DNA of 64,000 nt, from the NCBI RefSeq assembly GCF_009914755.1, contig NC_060930.1; one strand, 5' to 3'. The position numbers and the translations under genes were made by a program. This document shows positions 1 through 14,681 of this stretch, one piece after another (the stretch's first letter is position 1; the number at the start of each line of letters is the position of its first letter). The notes beneath the pieces were generated by a model. The model saw only the letters and a program-made list of their open reading frames with translations. It was not told where the DNA came from and made no database searches. This DNA comes from the human T2T-CHM13v2.0 reference genome, Homo sapiens.

Positions 1-260
1 GTGTTATATACTGTATTCATGTAATAAAGTAGGCTAGAGAAAAGAATGTTATTAAGAAAATCATAAGGAAGAGAAAACGTATTTACTATTCCTTAAGTGG
101 AAGTGGATCATCCCAAAGGTGGTTTTTCCATAGAGTAGACTGAAGAGAAAGAGAAAGAGGGAGGGGTTGGTCTTGCTGTCTCAGGGGTAGCAGAGGTGGA
201 GGAAAATCCATGTGTAAGTGGACTTGTGTAGTTCAAACCCATGTTGTTCAAGGATCAACT
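1..260. mobile_element. Tigger2-family (Tigger2a/MER8-like) DNA transposon, truncated by window start
   Basis: Resembles the recalled Tigger2/MER8 consensus (aagtggaagtggatcatc...ggggttggtcttgctgtctcagggg) and ends in the TIR-like ttcaaacccatgttgttcaaggatcaact. Confidence 0.75.
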
Positions 261-398
261 AAAATGAAGTGAATATTAAATATGACGTAGGTTTTGTCTT
301 CTTGCAGATTAACTATTTGACCAAATTTATATTAAAAAACAACACAAATAACTTCTTTTATAACTTGAGCAATCTCACAACATTTTTAACCATTTCAG

Positions 399-638
399 AT
401 GTAAAGGATAACTCCTTTAGCCGATCACGGAGTTCAAGTGTAACAAGCATTGACAAAGAATCCCGAGAAGCGATCTCCGCTCTTCATTTCTGTGAAACGT
501 TTACTCGAAAGACGGACTCGTCCCCTTCCCCTTGTCTATGGGTTGGAACAACGCTAGGAACAGTGCTTGTCATTGCACTGAACCTTCCCCCAGGGGGAGA
601 GCAAAGACTTCTTCAGCCAGTAATTGTGTCTCCAAGTG
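399..638 (+). CDS. STXBP5: STXBP5 (tomosyn-1) internal coding exon, DVKDNSFSRSRSSSVTSIDKES...QPVIVSPS
   Basis: Acceptor tttcag (AG 397-398), donor gtatgt at 639; 240 nt, phase 1/1; peptide recognised as tomosyn. Confidence 0.95.
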
Positions 639-769
639 GTATGTATTGCTGCTGCACTTAGAGTTACATTACAGGTGTGATTTACTATGATAGAAGCCTT
701 TGTTTTTCATTCTTGAATTGATCTAAGAATTCCAAAATGTAAAGTAAATGGGGACAGTGATGGCCTTAT

Positions 770-1714
770 TTATTTATTTTTTTAATTATTATACTTTAAG
801 TTTTAGGGTACATGTGCACAATGTGCAGGTTAGTTACATATGTATACATATGACATGCTGATGCTCTGCACCCACTAACTCGTCATCTAGCATTAGGTAT
901 ATCTCCCAATGCTATCCCTCCCCCCTCCCCCCACCCCACAACAGTTCCTAGAGTGTGATGTTCCCCTTCCCGTGTCCATGTGTTCTCATTGTTCAGTTCC
1001 CACCTATGAGTGAGAATATGTGGTGTTTGGTTTTTTGTTCTTGCGATAGTTTACAGAGAATGATGATTTCCAATTTCATCCATGTCCCTACAAAGGACAT
1101 GAACTCATCATTTTTTATGGCTGCATAGTATTCCATGGTGTATATGTGCCACATTTTCTTAATCCAGTCTATCATTGTTGGACATTTGGGTTGGTTCCAG
1201 CAACCTACTCATCTGACAAAGGGCTAATACCCAGAATCTACAATGAACTCAAACAAATTTACAAGAAAAAAACAAACAACCCCATCAAAAAGTGGGCAAA
1301 GGACATCAACAGACACTTCTCAAAGGAAGACATTTATGCAGCCAAAAAACACATGAAAAAATGCTCGCCATCACTGGCCATCAGAGAAATGGAAATCAAA
1401 ACCACAATGAGATATCATCTCACACCAGTTAGAATGGCAGTCATTAAAAAGTCAGGAAACAACAGGTGCTGGAGAGGATGTGGAGAAATAGGAACACTTT
1501 TACACTGTTGGTGGGACTGTAAACTAGTTCAACCATTGTGGAAGTCAGTGTGGCGATTCCTCAGGGATCTAGAACTAGAAATACCATTTGACCCAGCCAT
1601 CCCATTACTGGGTATATACCCAAAGGACTATAAATCATGCTGCTATAAAGACACATGCACATGTATGTTTATAGCGGCACTATTCACAATAGCAAAGACT
1701 TGGAACCAACACAA
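770..1714 (-). mobile_element. 5'-truncated, 5'-inverted L1PA2-like LINE-1 (770-1199 on - strand, 1200-1714 on + strand)
   Basis: Poly(T)/TTTA tail then L1 3'UTR reverse complement; diagnostic GAG rather than ACA/ACG, and AAACTTAAAGTAT; orientation flips at 1199/1200; TSD ATGGCCTTAT at 760-769 and 1715-1724. Confidence 0.92.
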
Positions 1715-2359
1715 ATGGCCTTATGTTTTAATGAAAGAATACATAGAGCAAGATTTCAGGATGTTGTTTGTTTATACAGCCATTCAATTTTGCCATTTTT
1801 TTTTAAACTTTGGGATCTTGTGTAAAATAATTACTATGTAAGAAAATTTTTTTTAAAAGTTACAATAATGCATTCCTAATACCTCAAGCAAAAGAATGCT
1901 ATAAATTTAGGAGAAAAACAGAAAAGTGCATTTTTAAACATTCTACACATGGTTATTTTTCATCTCCAAGTGTGAAACCTGAGATTATTTTTCTACTTTG
2001 AAGTGTTAGGAAAAGGTGACTTGAGAGCAAATTTTAAAAAATAGTACTAGACTTCATATTTTGAAAATGAGATTGGATTTTGTCAAATGTTTGTGGAGTC
2101 TGTTAGGTGAGGAGATAACTGAGAATTCTGATTTCTGTTACTACTCATTTATGCCCATCCAGATAGAAACAACCATGATTTTGCTTGTAAATCTATCTCT
2201 TGTTTGTGCCGACTTTTACAGTTTTTGGAATTTAGAAGTTAAACTGCATTTATGATTATATTTCTGAGCCATCTTTACATTAAATAATCAGTTTAATTTA
2301 CTCATTTTGCTCTATAAGTGCTTGAGTATATACTGCACATCAAGTTGTTAGATTAAGGA

Positions 2360-2575
2360 AAACAGGTTACATAATGATATTCTTACTAATCTCAGTTCTT
2401 ATTAGTAAATATGTGTATAGGAATAAAATAAACTGGAAAGTTGAAAATCAAAATGTTAACAGGAGTTATCACTGGTAAGTAGGATTTGGGGTTACTTTTA
2501 TTTTCATTTTTTTACTGATTTGTAGTTTCTAAATTTTCTACAGCAAACATACACCAATTTGTAATAAGAAAAAAA
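2360..2575 (+). mobile_element. Old L1ME-type 3' end fragment
   Basis: aaaatgttaacaggagttatc...ttctaaattttctaca...tgtaataagaaaaaaa resembles the L1ME 3' terminus. Confidence 0.5.
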
Positions 2576-3298
2576 TGTTTCCAATAAATGAAAATGACTG
2601 AGCGGGATTAAATATAGATAATTTACTGTTAACTACACAAAAAGTATTTAGTATACTTTCCAACTTGCAATAAATCAAATTAGCTGTAAAGTGAATACAA
2701 AAATAACTTTCATATGTAAGAAAGAAACTTAGTTTCTTCTCAATGATGGAATCCTTGAGGTTTGTTTTTAATAAGATGCCTATTTAAAAATATATCAGTG
2801 ACACTCATGTCATCGGTATTGGAGCCCTGAGAAGAAAGAGATGTTTTCAGGCTGATGGGTTTCTGTGCTTCAGAGCCTAAAGTGGTCTACTTTGTCTGCT
2901 GTTATTTTTTCTTTTCTTCAAGAGGAAGATTCAACAGTTAACCACGAATCTACTAGGAAACATGCTAAAGTCCCATCAACTATAGGACAAGCATACATTT
3001 AACGGTTATTTTAGGCCAGTTTTTTAAAAAATCTACATACTAGAACAATATATGTGCTATAAACAGTTCCCAAATTAGCATGGATAATTCAGCTGACCTC
3101 ATCAAAACTTTAAAGGCGGAAGGACTCTTTGGGTGGACCAGAATAAAAAATAAGAGATCTTGAAAGAAAAGCTAGCTTTATAATATGTTTGAAATAATAA
3201 TTAAAACTGTAAGATTATAACTGTCTTGTGTTTCGAAGTTTTCTACAAAGCTGCTTAAAATAGTGAAATTATCTGCTCACCAAACTTGGATGTAGAGT

Positions 3299-3489
3299 AG
3301 GGTTACTAGATTTAGTAAATAAAAATATAGGATGCCCAGTCAAATTTTAATTGATATAACAAATACTTTAATATAAGTGTGTCGCATTGGACAGATATGT
3401 AGCTTTTGGGACATACTTATACTAAAAAGTATTCATTGTTTATCTGAAATTCAAATTGAAATATGTGCTCAATAGAAGGCTGCAACCTT
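3299..3489. mobile_element. MER53 palindromic hAT-type MITE
   Basis: agggttactagatttagtaaataaaaatataggatgcccag...gggacatacttatactaaaaa...tctgaaattcaaatt...gcaacctta matches the recalled MER53 consensus. Confidence 0.75.
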
Positions 3490-3956
3490 ACTATTGATAA
3501 AACATAAATGCAGAGAGGAAAGGAAAGAATATTTTTTCTTCTAAAATGTTTTGAGAAAACATCAGGAACTCTTTTTCTTAGAAATAAAAGAAAATAATAT
3601 GTGGAAAAAATACTGCAAGCTATAAAACCTTATATAAATTTAAAACAAAATATGAAAAATCTTTAAGAACTGAATGCTAACTCAGCTATCTACCCTGCCT
3701 TCCATTCCATTAATGTTATCACTTAGTTTACTCAGAAGTGAGCATAAAGCATATTTGTACATTATCAAGGATATAGGGGGAAAGGGTACCATTAACTGAA
3801 GCAAGTCAAAAAATGTAACCCCTACATTAAGATGATAAACTGACCAAAATAATGCCTTAAGTATATTTGACAGTTGTTGTAAATCATTTAAGAGGAATTA
3901 TGATTTTAGAGGTAATGGTTGGAAATGTGTGAATTTTTTTTCATTGGCCATCTAGA

Positions 3957-4275
3957 TCAGTATTGTCTATTAGAGATGCAATGCAAAGCCACATAAATAA
4001 TTTTAAATGTTCTAGCAGTCACATTAAAAAAGTAAAAAACAGGTGAAATTAATTTTAATAACATTTTATTTAGTCCACTGTGTCCCAAATATTATCATTT
4101 TGGCATGTAATTATTGAAAGTGATTGAGGCATTTTACATTGAACTTTTTGGAGTGCTAAAGTCTTCAGATGGGGCATGTGCTTGAGTCTCACCATGCGCT
4201 GCAGTTGTTCACACACTTTGGACAAGGCGCGTTCCCAGTGCTCTGCAGCCACATGTGGCCCCACACTGACTGCTC
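3957..4275. mobile_element. MER33-like hAT-Charlie DNA transposon
   Basis: ttaaaaaagtaaaaaacaggtgaaattaattttaataa...cagccacatgtggc motifs. Confidence 0.65.
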
Positions 4276-4649
4276 CAGGTGCTATCCACTTGCTCTCCTG
4301 CTGACTGGTAGTGCACTTACTGGGTATAAGAGAAAACAGTTCCAGATACTCCAGCATGTCGTTTGTTTATTCATTTAAAGATCAGATATGTGTTTGCAAA
4401 ATTTATCATATGTAATTAAATTGTGAGTGATCATTAGTGGCATTTATCTATTTGGAGCATGTAAGTTGACATCTTTTTCCAGACTCATAAATACCACGCT
4501 TAAAGTCCGAATCCTGTCAATGAGCCAGTGTTCAGTTCAATATGCGTTCAGCATATATTTAAGTATCTACTGTATGTCAAAGTTAGAATAAACGTGTTTA
4601 CTCTGTTGATTAAAATATTTCAGTTATTTACTAGACTTCTATATTTTAG

Positions 4650-5019
4650 GTACTATATTGAGGTTAAAAGGTGCAATCTTGAGAATGGCATTTCTGGATA
4701 CCACAGGCTGCTTAATACCACCTGCGTATGAACCCTGGAGAGAGCACAATGTTCCTGAAGAAAAAGACGAAAAGGAGAAATTGAAAAAACGGCGGCCTGT
4801 CTCAGTATCCCCCTCCTCTTCTCAGGAAATTAGTGAAAACCAGTATGCAGTGATATGTTCTGAAAAGCAAGCAAAAGTAATCTCACTGCCAACCCAGAAC
4901 TGTGCTTATAAGCAAAATATTACAGAGACCTCGTTTGTGCTTCGTGGAGATATTGTAGCATTGAGTAACAGTATCTGCCTTGCCTGTTTCTGTGCCAATG
5001 GACATATAATGACTTTTAG
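4650..5019 (+). CDS. STXBP5: STXBP5 internal coding exon, (G)TILRLKGAILRMAFLD...ANGHIMTF(S)
   Basis: Acceptor ttttag (AG 4648-4649), donor gtaaga at 5020; 370 nt, phase 1/2, in frame with both neighbours. Confidence 0.95.
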
Positions 5020-5315
5020 GTAAGAGTTAGATATGTTTTAAAACACAGATATAGCATTTCCTCCCTCAAACTATACTACAGAATTGTTTAAAAGAAATGC
5101 TTTTTGTGTGTGTATAGTCTTATACTCTGAGAATTTATTTTTATTCTGTTAATAGTGAACAAGTATATGAGGAGTATAAACCATTTTTTATCTCCCACTC
5201 AAGTATACAAACTAAATCATAAGATTTATGAGGTCTCTGCCATTTTTAACAATGATAGTGTGTTCAAGACTAAAACCTACCTTATTATTAACAAGTTTTT
5301 AATTTTTTTCTCAAG

Positions 5316-5481
5316 TTTGCCAAGTTTAAGACCTCTGTTGGATGTGTATTACTTGCCCCTTACCAATATGCGGATAGCCAGAACGTTCTGCTTTACCAAC
5401 AATGGACAAGCATTATACCTTGTTTCACCTACAGAAATCCAGAGACTTACTTATAGTCAAGAGACCTGTGAAAATCTTCAG
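5316..5481 (+). CDS. STXBP5: STXBP5 internal coding exon, LPSLRPLLDVYYLPL...ETCENLQ
   Basis: Acceptor ttctcaag (AG 5314-5315), donor gtaatt at 5482; 166 nt, phase 2/0. Confidence 0.95.
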
Positions 5482-6219
5482 GTAATTAATAAAAATATTA
5501 CTGTAATTTCTTCAGAGGTAAAGTATTCTCTGAGGGCCCGTATACTGTCTGCCCCTTATTCTCATGGAACTATACAAGTGAGCCTGCTTGGGAAAATCCA
5601 GACTGTTGAATTAGACTTTCAGAGCACATGCTTTGAGACTCCCATGATTAAAAGTATCATCTTCAGACATCTGCTATAAGCAGCTTCATCTTACTAATCC
5701 ATATCGGTCTTTCCAGTGATGGCAGAGAAATATGAACTGGTGCATACATTTTATAACTACTCTCTACATAGAATAAATATCTATTATACACACACACAGT
5801 CCTTTTTAAAGAAGTGTGTTAATGTGAAAATAAATGAGTCTATTTTCGGGCAAATTTTGTAATCTCAACTCCTATTCACAAGGATATTTACACAGAAGAA
5901 AAAAATGTTATTTGGTAGTTTTCCTCTAGTATGTTGGTTGATCTGTTTTTGAGAGACTATATACAAATTCTTTATATACAGAAATGTGTCCTTTTTTAAG
6001 TATTTGAGTGCTGTATGTGCTTCTGTGTGTATTCGAAGTGATCAGTTTAGCTTTACCTTCCAAAGTAAAAGTGCTCTGGAAATATTGAGCTAAAATATTG
6101 ATTGATATTTGATATTTAGAGGAAAGTACTATCTAGAGGAACTTTATAATGAAAGTTTTTGCAATTATTTAGCCCTATTTTACACATTTGCAAATTTGAA
6201 TTTGTGGCTTATTATTTTT

Positions 6220-6440
6220 AGAACATGAGCTTTAGAGTCAAGAAGGCTGAATTCAAGTCCATCTTGCTAACTATACAATTATGTAATCATAAACAAGTTA
6301 CTCAGTGACTCTAAGCATCATCTTTAAAATTAGCATAGAAGTGGTATCTCAGAGGATATGATATGGATTAAAGGAGACAGTGCATGTAATGTGCTTAGCA
6401 TAGTGCCCCTGGTACAGAGGGTGCTTAATAAATGTCAGAT
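6220..6440 (+). mobile_element. MIR SINE
   Basis: gctttagagtcaaga...caagttact...gattaaaggagacagtgcatgtaatgtgcttagcatagtg...ttaataaatg. Confidence 0.7.
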
Positions 6441-7666
6441 GTTGTTGTCCTCGTTGTGTTATTATTTCAGTAAGCTATACTATACTGGAAACCTAGTCCT
6501 GAGTAGTATTGTAAACTTTGAGAGTAAAACAAAATTACATATCTGACATTAGATTTAAATTCCCATTTATGTTTGGGTGAAAGTTATTTTTCAAAGATTC
6601 CTAAGTTTCTGAAGTAAAATTTTGTTTTCTGTCGGAAGGATAAACCTTAAAATTTTCCTTTTAGCATTTCCTTTCACTAGCAAAATGTTATGTTAAGAAA
6701 TAATATTGACAATTGAATATTAATTCATTTCCATCTGAAATGTGGTCTTAATTCAACTACTTGAAAATCTAAACTTCACACTTTTCTGGGATCAATTTAT
6801 TCTATCCTTTAGTTGGTGTTTTCTTTAATTATTCTTAAGTTAATAGCAGCCATAGTTTACTCATTTATGTTTAAATGAAATAGTCTTTTAGTAGTAAACT
6901 ATATTTTAAACTATCTGCTATGTGCCTTCATCATACAGAGATAAACAAAAAATGGACTATCTTAAAGGAACTTGTGATAAAATGTTTTCTTTGGGCAATA
7001 TTGACATGTTATTTACCTTTGTATTTTTAGTACCCAGAAATAATGCCTTGGTAAAATCTGTTGAAGACTATGATGAACTTGATAAACACTATACCTTGGT
7101 TCCCTGAGTACCCTTTTACATTGTGCATTCCTTCAACTTTAGCCCAAAATAAAGAAGATGCCTACAAATATTTATGGAGTTTCCAGTCAAGATGGAATAA
7201 TAGGAACCAGATTAACCCTCCTTCCTGAAACAACCTAAAACAAAGCAGACAGAACTCATGAAACAATGGTTTTCAAATTACTGGACATCTGGCAATGAAG
7301 GAAAGTAATTTCTGACAGATAGGAATCAAAGAAGGTGTCCCAGCTTTAATGCCTTAATAGAGTGTTCAGGACATGGCACAGGGCGAAGGTACTAAGTTAA
7401 AGCCTGGCAGACTTCCCAAGTTGAAGAGGCAGGAACAAGAGTTTGGGGACACCAGGTAAATTCGAGAGAAAAGAGCTACAAAGAGAAAGAACCCTGGAGA
7501 TGTGCAGAGTCCCCCTGAGTATACCATACGTGCTATTCAGCACGTACACGTGACTAAGCTTTCAGAGCAGAAAAAGAACCATCTGAAAGGAATAGAGGAT
7601 TTGTAGAAACCATTCCAGGAACAGTGCTTGATCCCAACAACCAGACTGGAGAAACCCATAATTTGT

Positions 7667-8120
7667 GTGGATATTAGTTTCCTGAGGCCACAAACTTGGT
7701 GGCTAAAACCAGTAGAAAATTACTTGCTCATACTTGTAGAAGCCAGAAGTCCACAATCAGTTTTACTGAGGCAAAATCAATGTGCTAGCAGGGTCTTGCT
7801 CCCTCCAGAGGCTCTAAAAGATAATTACTTATTGCCCCTTTGTTTCTAGGAGCTGCTGGTATTCCTTGACATTGGGCCACATCACTGGAATCTCTGCCTT
7901 TATGGCTGCATTACCTCCTCTTCTGGGTGTCAAATCTACCTCTCTTTCTTAAAAAGACACTTGTAATTGGATTATAACCCATTCAGTAGTCCAGAATAAT
8001 TTCCCCAGAGCAAGATACTTAATCACATCTGCATAGACTCCTTTTCCTTGCCAGGTAATATTTGTTGGTCCAGAGATTAGGACCTGATATCCTTGGATGG
8101 TCCGTTATCAGCCACTACTC
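7667..8120 (-). mobile_element. MLT1-family MaLR solo LTR
   Basis: tattagtttcctgaggc...cacaaacttggtggctaaaac...gccagaagtcc...ccctccagaggctcta...ttaatcacatctgca. Confidence 0.7.
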
Positions 8121-8671
8121 CAGATATGCCTAACAAATCGCAAAAGCAAGAATCAAAAGGATGAAAATGTTTTCTGTCAGAATGAAATTCAAGAAAACTT
8201 AAAGGAAATAAAAACTATTTAGCACCCAGTGAGGTAAAAATCGCAATGTCTGGTGTCCAGTCAGTTACCAGGCATGGAAAGAGACAGAAAAACATGAGCC
8301 ATCATGAGGAGAACAATTAGCAGAAACCAAACCAGAACTGACATACATACCAGAATTGGCACACAAAAGGATATTAAAACAATAACAACTGCGTTCCATA
8401 TGTTCAAAAAGTTAGAAACATGAAAGATACAAAAATAAAATCAAACTTCTAAAGATGAGAAACTGTAGTGTTTGAGGTGAAAAATATGCTAAATGGCATT
8501 AACAGCAGATTTGACATTACAGAAGAAAAGATAGTGTACTTGAAAGTATAGCAACAGAAAAAAATAACAGTGTTTGAACTTGGCAAACTTATAGCACTAA
8601 AACACCTATATTAGGAAAGAAGGAGGTCTCAATGCAATGATGTCAACTTTCACTTTAAAGAACTGAGAAAA

Positions 8672-9059
<388 letters not shown>

Positions 9060-12000
9060 TCAATGAAATCAAAACTAATAAAATTAATCTCAAGCCATAT
9101 GAAGAAAGAAGTTATAAACTATTAATATCAGTAATAAGAGAAGTCTCATTACTATATATTCTATAGATATGAAATGGATAAAAAGTGAATATTATGAACA
9201 AGTTTATGCCAAAAATATTCAAAACCTTAGATGAAATGGACAAATTTCTTTAAAGACAAATTACCAAGCCTCACTGAAAAAAAAATAGATAACCGAAATA
9301 GTCCTGTGTCTATTAAAGAAATTGAAATAGAGGTTAGGAACCTTGGACCAAGAAACTTCCAGGCCTAGATGGCTTCAGTGATGAGCTCTATCAACATTTC
9401 AGGAAGAAATAACACCGGTTCACAAACTTTTCCAAAAACTGAATTAGGATTGCTTCCCAGCTTATTCTATGAAGGAAGCATTAACCTGATAACAAAATTA
9501 GACCAAGTTATTATAAGAAAAGAAAACTACCTATAAACCAATATCTCTCATAAATATAAAAGCAAAATTTGTTAAAAAAAAAAAATTTTTGCAAATTGAA
9601 TTCAGCAATATATCAAAGGGATAATACATTATGACCAAGTGAGACCTAATCCCAGGAAAGTAGGATTGACCTAACGTTTGAAAATCAGTCAATGTGATCC
9701 ATCTTATTAAAAAGCTTAAAAAAGAGCAGTTGACAAAATCTAACAAATATTCCTGATTTTTAAAAATCTCTACAAACAAGGAACAGAAGAAAACTTAAAG
9801 GACATGTAAGAAAAACCCACATCTCAAATAATATTTAGTGATGAAATACTTAATTCTTTCTCCCTGAAATCAGCAATTACAGAAGAATGTTCACTCTCAC
9901 CACTTACATTCAGTGTTGTAGTTAAGGTTCTAACCAGTGCACTCAGGCAAGGAAAAGAAAAGGAAAGCGGCTGTCTTTATTCACAATGACATGATCATCA
10001 GTATAGGAAATCTAATAAAATCTACCATAAAGGATACTAGAATTAATCAGTGTGTTTGGCAAAGATGTAGATTATGAGATAAATATACAAAAATAATTTT
10101 ATTTCTATATATTAGCAATGAACATTTGGAAATTGATATTTTAAAAACCATACCATCTATAATAGCAACAAAAATATGAAATACTTTGGGATAAATCTAA
10201 CAGAAAATGAAAGATCTCTACACTGAAAAACTATAAAATATTAATAAAAAATTTTTTAAAGTCTTAAAAATTTTTTAGAAAATTTTGTAGGAATTGACAA
10301 ATTTATCCTAAAATTCATACGTAAATACAAGAGAACTAAAATACACAAAACAGCTCTGAAAAAAATGGAAGGGCTAACACTACCTTATTTCAAGATTATT
10401 ATAAAGCTGCAGTAATCAGTAGAGAATGGTATTTTTGGCATTGAGATGAATGGATCAGAATAGAATATCCAGAAATAAACACATACATGGACAACTGATT
10501 TTTTTAAGGAAGGCGCAAGGCAATGCAATGGAGAAAGGATTGCCTTTTCAACAAGTAGTGCTGGAACTATTGGATATTAAAATGCAAAAAAAATCAGCTT
10601 TGATCCACGCTTCACACCATATACCAAAATTTATTCAAAATGTATTATGGACCTACATGGAAACCCCAAAACTACAAAATTTCTAGAAAGAAACTTAAGA
10701 AAACATCTGTTACCTTATTTTGGGAAAAGATTTATTAGCCATGACACCAAAAGCAACATCCATAAAAGAACAAATTGATAACTTCAACAAAACTTAAAAT
10801 TTCTACTCTTCAGAAGACACTTTTTAAAATGAAAAGACAATTTATAGATGGGAAGAAAATCTGGGCAAAACATATATCTAATAAAGGACTTGTCTCTAGA
10901 ATATATGAATGACCCTTAAAACTCACCAGAAGGAAGAGAAACAACCCAATAAAAACATAGACAAAATATTCAAAAGGAAAGCTCACCATGAAAAGATTCT
11001 CAACATTATTTATCATTAGAGAACTGCAAATTAAAACCACAGTGAGATACCATTAAACCCCTTTGAGAGTGGTTGAAATTAAAAAGAATACCATGCCAAG
11101 TTTTGGCAAGGATATAGACGAACTACAACTCCATACAATGCTGATGGGAATGTAAAAAACTATAACCACTTTGGAAAACAATTCTGGAGTTTTCTAAAAA
11201 GTTAACATTCATGAACCAAAGACCCAGCCACTTTACTCATTTTTTTTAAATTAAAAGAAAAGGAAATTTGTATTCATAGCCGCTTTATTTGTAATAGCCA
11301 AAAACTGGAAACCACCCAGATGTCCTCAACAGATGAGTGGAAAAACAAATTGCAGTTTATCATACAGTAGAATTCTAGTCAGCAATACAAAGGAGTAAAC
11401 GATGCAATCAGCAACATCAGTGAATCTCAGAATAATTATGCTTAATGAAAGGAGCCAAGAAAAAGAGTACATGTTGTTCTATTTATATAAAAACTCAAGA
11501 AAATACAAATTATAGTGAAAGAGCAGATCAGCAATAACTTGGATATGGGGTTGTTAAAGAAGGAATGAGAGAAGGTCGTACAAAGGAGCAGAAGGACACT
11601 TGAGAGTGATGGATATATTCACAGTGTTGATTGTGGTGATGGTTTCATGCATATATGCATATGGCGAAATTCACCAAATTGTACACCTCAAATATATGCC
11701 AGTTTTTGTATGTCGATTATACTTCAGTAAAGCTGTGTAAAAGATTAATGGATTCAGGACTTTTAATTGTCATTGACAGGCAATTAGTCAATGGTATGTT
11801 TATAGATTGAAATACTTAAGTTTCTTTTTACAGTATTATTCTTAACTGTACCATAGTGAAAAACACAGAGATAATTTATAATAAACTGTTTTTTTCAAAT
11901 GGACTATAATATATTCATTTGTGAACCCTAACCAAAATTTGCTATAATCGTAGAGGTGGAACATACCAATTAATTCAGTTTAAAACAACTAAGTAAGTAA

Positions 12001-12784
12001 CTCTGGTAAGCACCTCAGGATTATAATTTATAAACAAAACCCCAAGTAATCACTGTAAACAACTGATGACAGTTGAACTGTTTAGCTTCTTATATATATT
12101 GTGTATTCAGTATGAAGTTTATTGCTGTGTGTTTATCCTGGAGATATTTATTTTTTCAGACTCAATACTCTTACAATATAAAGTTTTCTTAAAATGATTA
12201 AAATCAGTGATTATTTGATGCACTGTAAAGGACTTTGTAGTGGCATCTAATGTATGGATAACCAAAGCCCATACATTGACCCATTCATGAAATTAGTCCT
12301 AAATTTTACCATTCTAACCTTGTTAGCTTACATGCAAGACAAATGATATGCAAGAGTCTAAAATCAGACAAGTATATTTATTTCTGAATATTTATATTTT
12401 AGAAGAGTAATTAAGTCCAATGTCTTGTTTCAGAAATACCATCTACTATGAATAGATGTAGCAAGATCACAGAAATAACAAATCTGTTTTAGATTTCACC
12501 AACATACACTAGCATTAACATGAATCATTCTAAATAGTAGATTTACTTATAATAAAAAGCCTTATTTAAATAGAAGTGAAAAAATACCTATATATTTTAT
12601 GTATTTTCCCAAAACCTTTATATTAAGACTGCAGATAATCTAGACTTTAAGAAACATTGAGTTTTCAACTCCCTTTAAAGATGTCTGTTCATAATGTTAA
12701 CCTGTAGATAAATGACTTGTGTATTTTCTAATTGGTTTCATCTCTATGTGATAGATTTTTCTACTTCTGTACATACACTATTGA

Positions 12785-12990
12785 TGTCTACTCCTGGCAC
12801 TTTATATGCTCATTATCTTTAATCCTAGTAATGTTCCTGAGAGGCAGTTATCATTATCTCCCCCTTTTAAAGTTGAAGAAGCCATTTCTTTGACAGACTA
12901 ATTTGACTAAGAGTCTCCTGCTAGTAAAAGGCAGAAATTGAGAATCAAATCCAGGTCCATCTGGTTCCAAAGTTTATACTCATTCTACTA
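12785..12990 (-). mobile_element. MIR SINE
   Basis: tttaatcct...cattatctccccc...gctagtaaaaggcaga...aaatccaggtc. Confidence 0.6.
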
Positions 12991-13701
12991 CAGAGAATAT
13001 AATGAGTTTAATCTGGTGTTTTTATATTTCTTACTTTACCCTTGTAAAATTGTAAGCTCATTAAACACCAAATAAGAAATGCAAACTGTAATTCTAAAAA
13101 TGAGGTAAAATTTTTTAAAAAGCATACCTTTAAACTATCGCTGTTGGTATGTCATATTCTTCTTTTGATTTAGCATGAGACACCCAAATGATAGCTGTGT
13201 TGCTGTTATTGATCTTTTTTACGTTGTAACAATTTAATACATATAGTTTAAATTAGGATCTGTGAAATACTGTTTTTAAAAGATTTAAAATATGCCTAAA
13301 ATTGCCTTTGTTATAGAGTTTAATATAAATTCAATATAATAATAGACATCAGTATATTCTATAGTGGGTTTTAACAAGTTTGATTTATTGAATTCAGAAA
13401 GTGTTTTATTCCAGGTTTACTACACTTTATAGAAATCCAGAGGAAGGAAAATAAAAACGTAAGAGCTTCAGTCCACTTCAGTCTTATAAATAAAACTGTT
13501 GTGTAATGTTAATAATTATTTCCTCCCATATGCAATCTGGGTGGAGGGATAATGTTAATATGGATATGTCTAAAAGAAAACCTGAACAGCCTTTACCAGC
13601 CTTCTTAGCCCAGCCCCAAGGAAGAAACCCTGAAAAATACATACTTTTATTCCAACTATAATGATGTAGTAATACCAGAGTATAGCAGAACTCCTATATA
13701 A

Positions 13702-14025
<324 letters not shown>

Positions 14026-14381
14026 ACTACCATCCTTGTCTTAGAAAAACTCTTCTTTCCTCTTTTTGTATTGTCAACAAAACCAGTAACATGTCAGCAG
14101 TCTTTTCTCCTTTTATCATTTCTGCACTCTAAAAAATATTGACAGTAATTTCAGAAAAATCTGATGATGTACAAGGGAAGAGTTCCCATCTCTCTGCCAG
14201 ATTTCTGAAATTCCAGGTGTATGTTGGCATAATTCTCTTCCTAGCATGTGTTTATGAGAAAAGAAGTTGGTGTCTAAATTATAAATTTTCTGACTCAGCT
14301 AAAAGTTATAATTCCAAAACTACATATCATCATTATTACACTGGACTTTTATACTTGCTGTTAAAAAGTTTTCTTCTTTCT

Positions 14382-14681
14382 GGCTGGGCATGGTGGCTCA
14401 TGCCTGTACAGCACTTTGGGAGGCTGAGGTGGGTGGATCACTTGAGGCCAGGAGTTCAAGATCAGCCTGGCCAACATGGCGCAAAACCTGTCTCTACAAA
14501 ATACAATAATTACCCAGGCATGGTGGCGTGTGCCTGTAATCCCAGCTAGTCAGTGGCTGAGACACAAGAATCACTTGAACCCCAGAGGCAGAAGCTGCAA
14601 GTGAGCCAAGATCGCATCACTGCACTCCAACCTGGGTGACAGAGTGAGACTGTCTCAAAAAAAAAAAAAAAAAAAAAAAAA
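14382..14681 (+). mobile_element. Alu (S/J)
   Basis: Alu dimer with A-tail; TSD CTTCTTTCT on both sides. Confidence 0.95.

Noticed and set aside
399-638. Placing the known von Willebrand factor-associated STXBP5 variants
   Set aside because: I recall the locus association but cannot assign positions or alleles from the sequence alone
269-661. ORF-track extensions around STXBP5 exons (also 5155-5679, 24036-24329)
   Set aside because: The open frame extends into introns; true limits are set by splice sites
1146-1841. 231-aa ORF
   Set aside because: L1 ORF2 C-terminal fragment made contiguous by the inversion junction; not a gene
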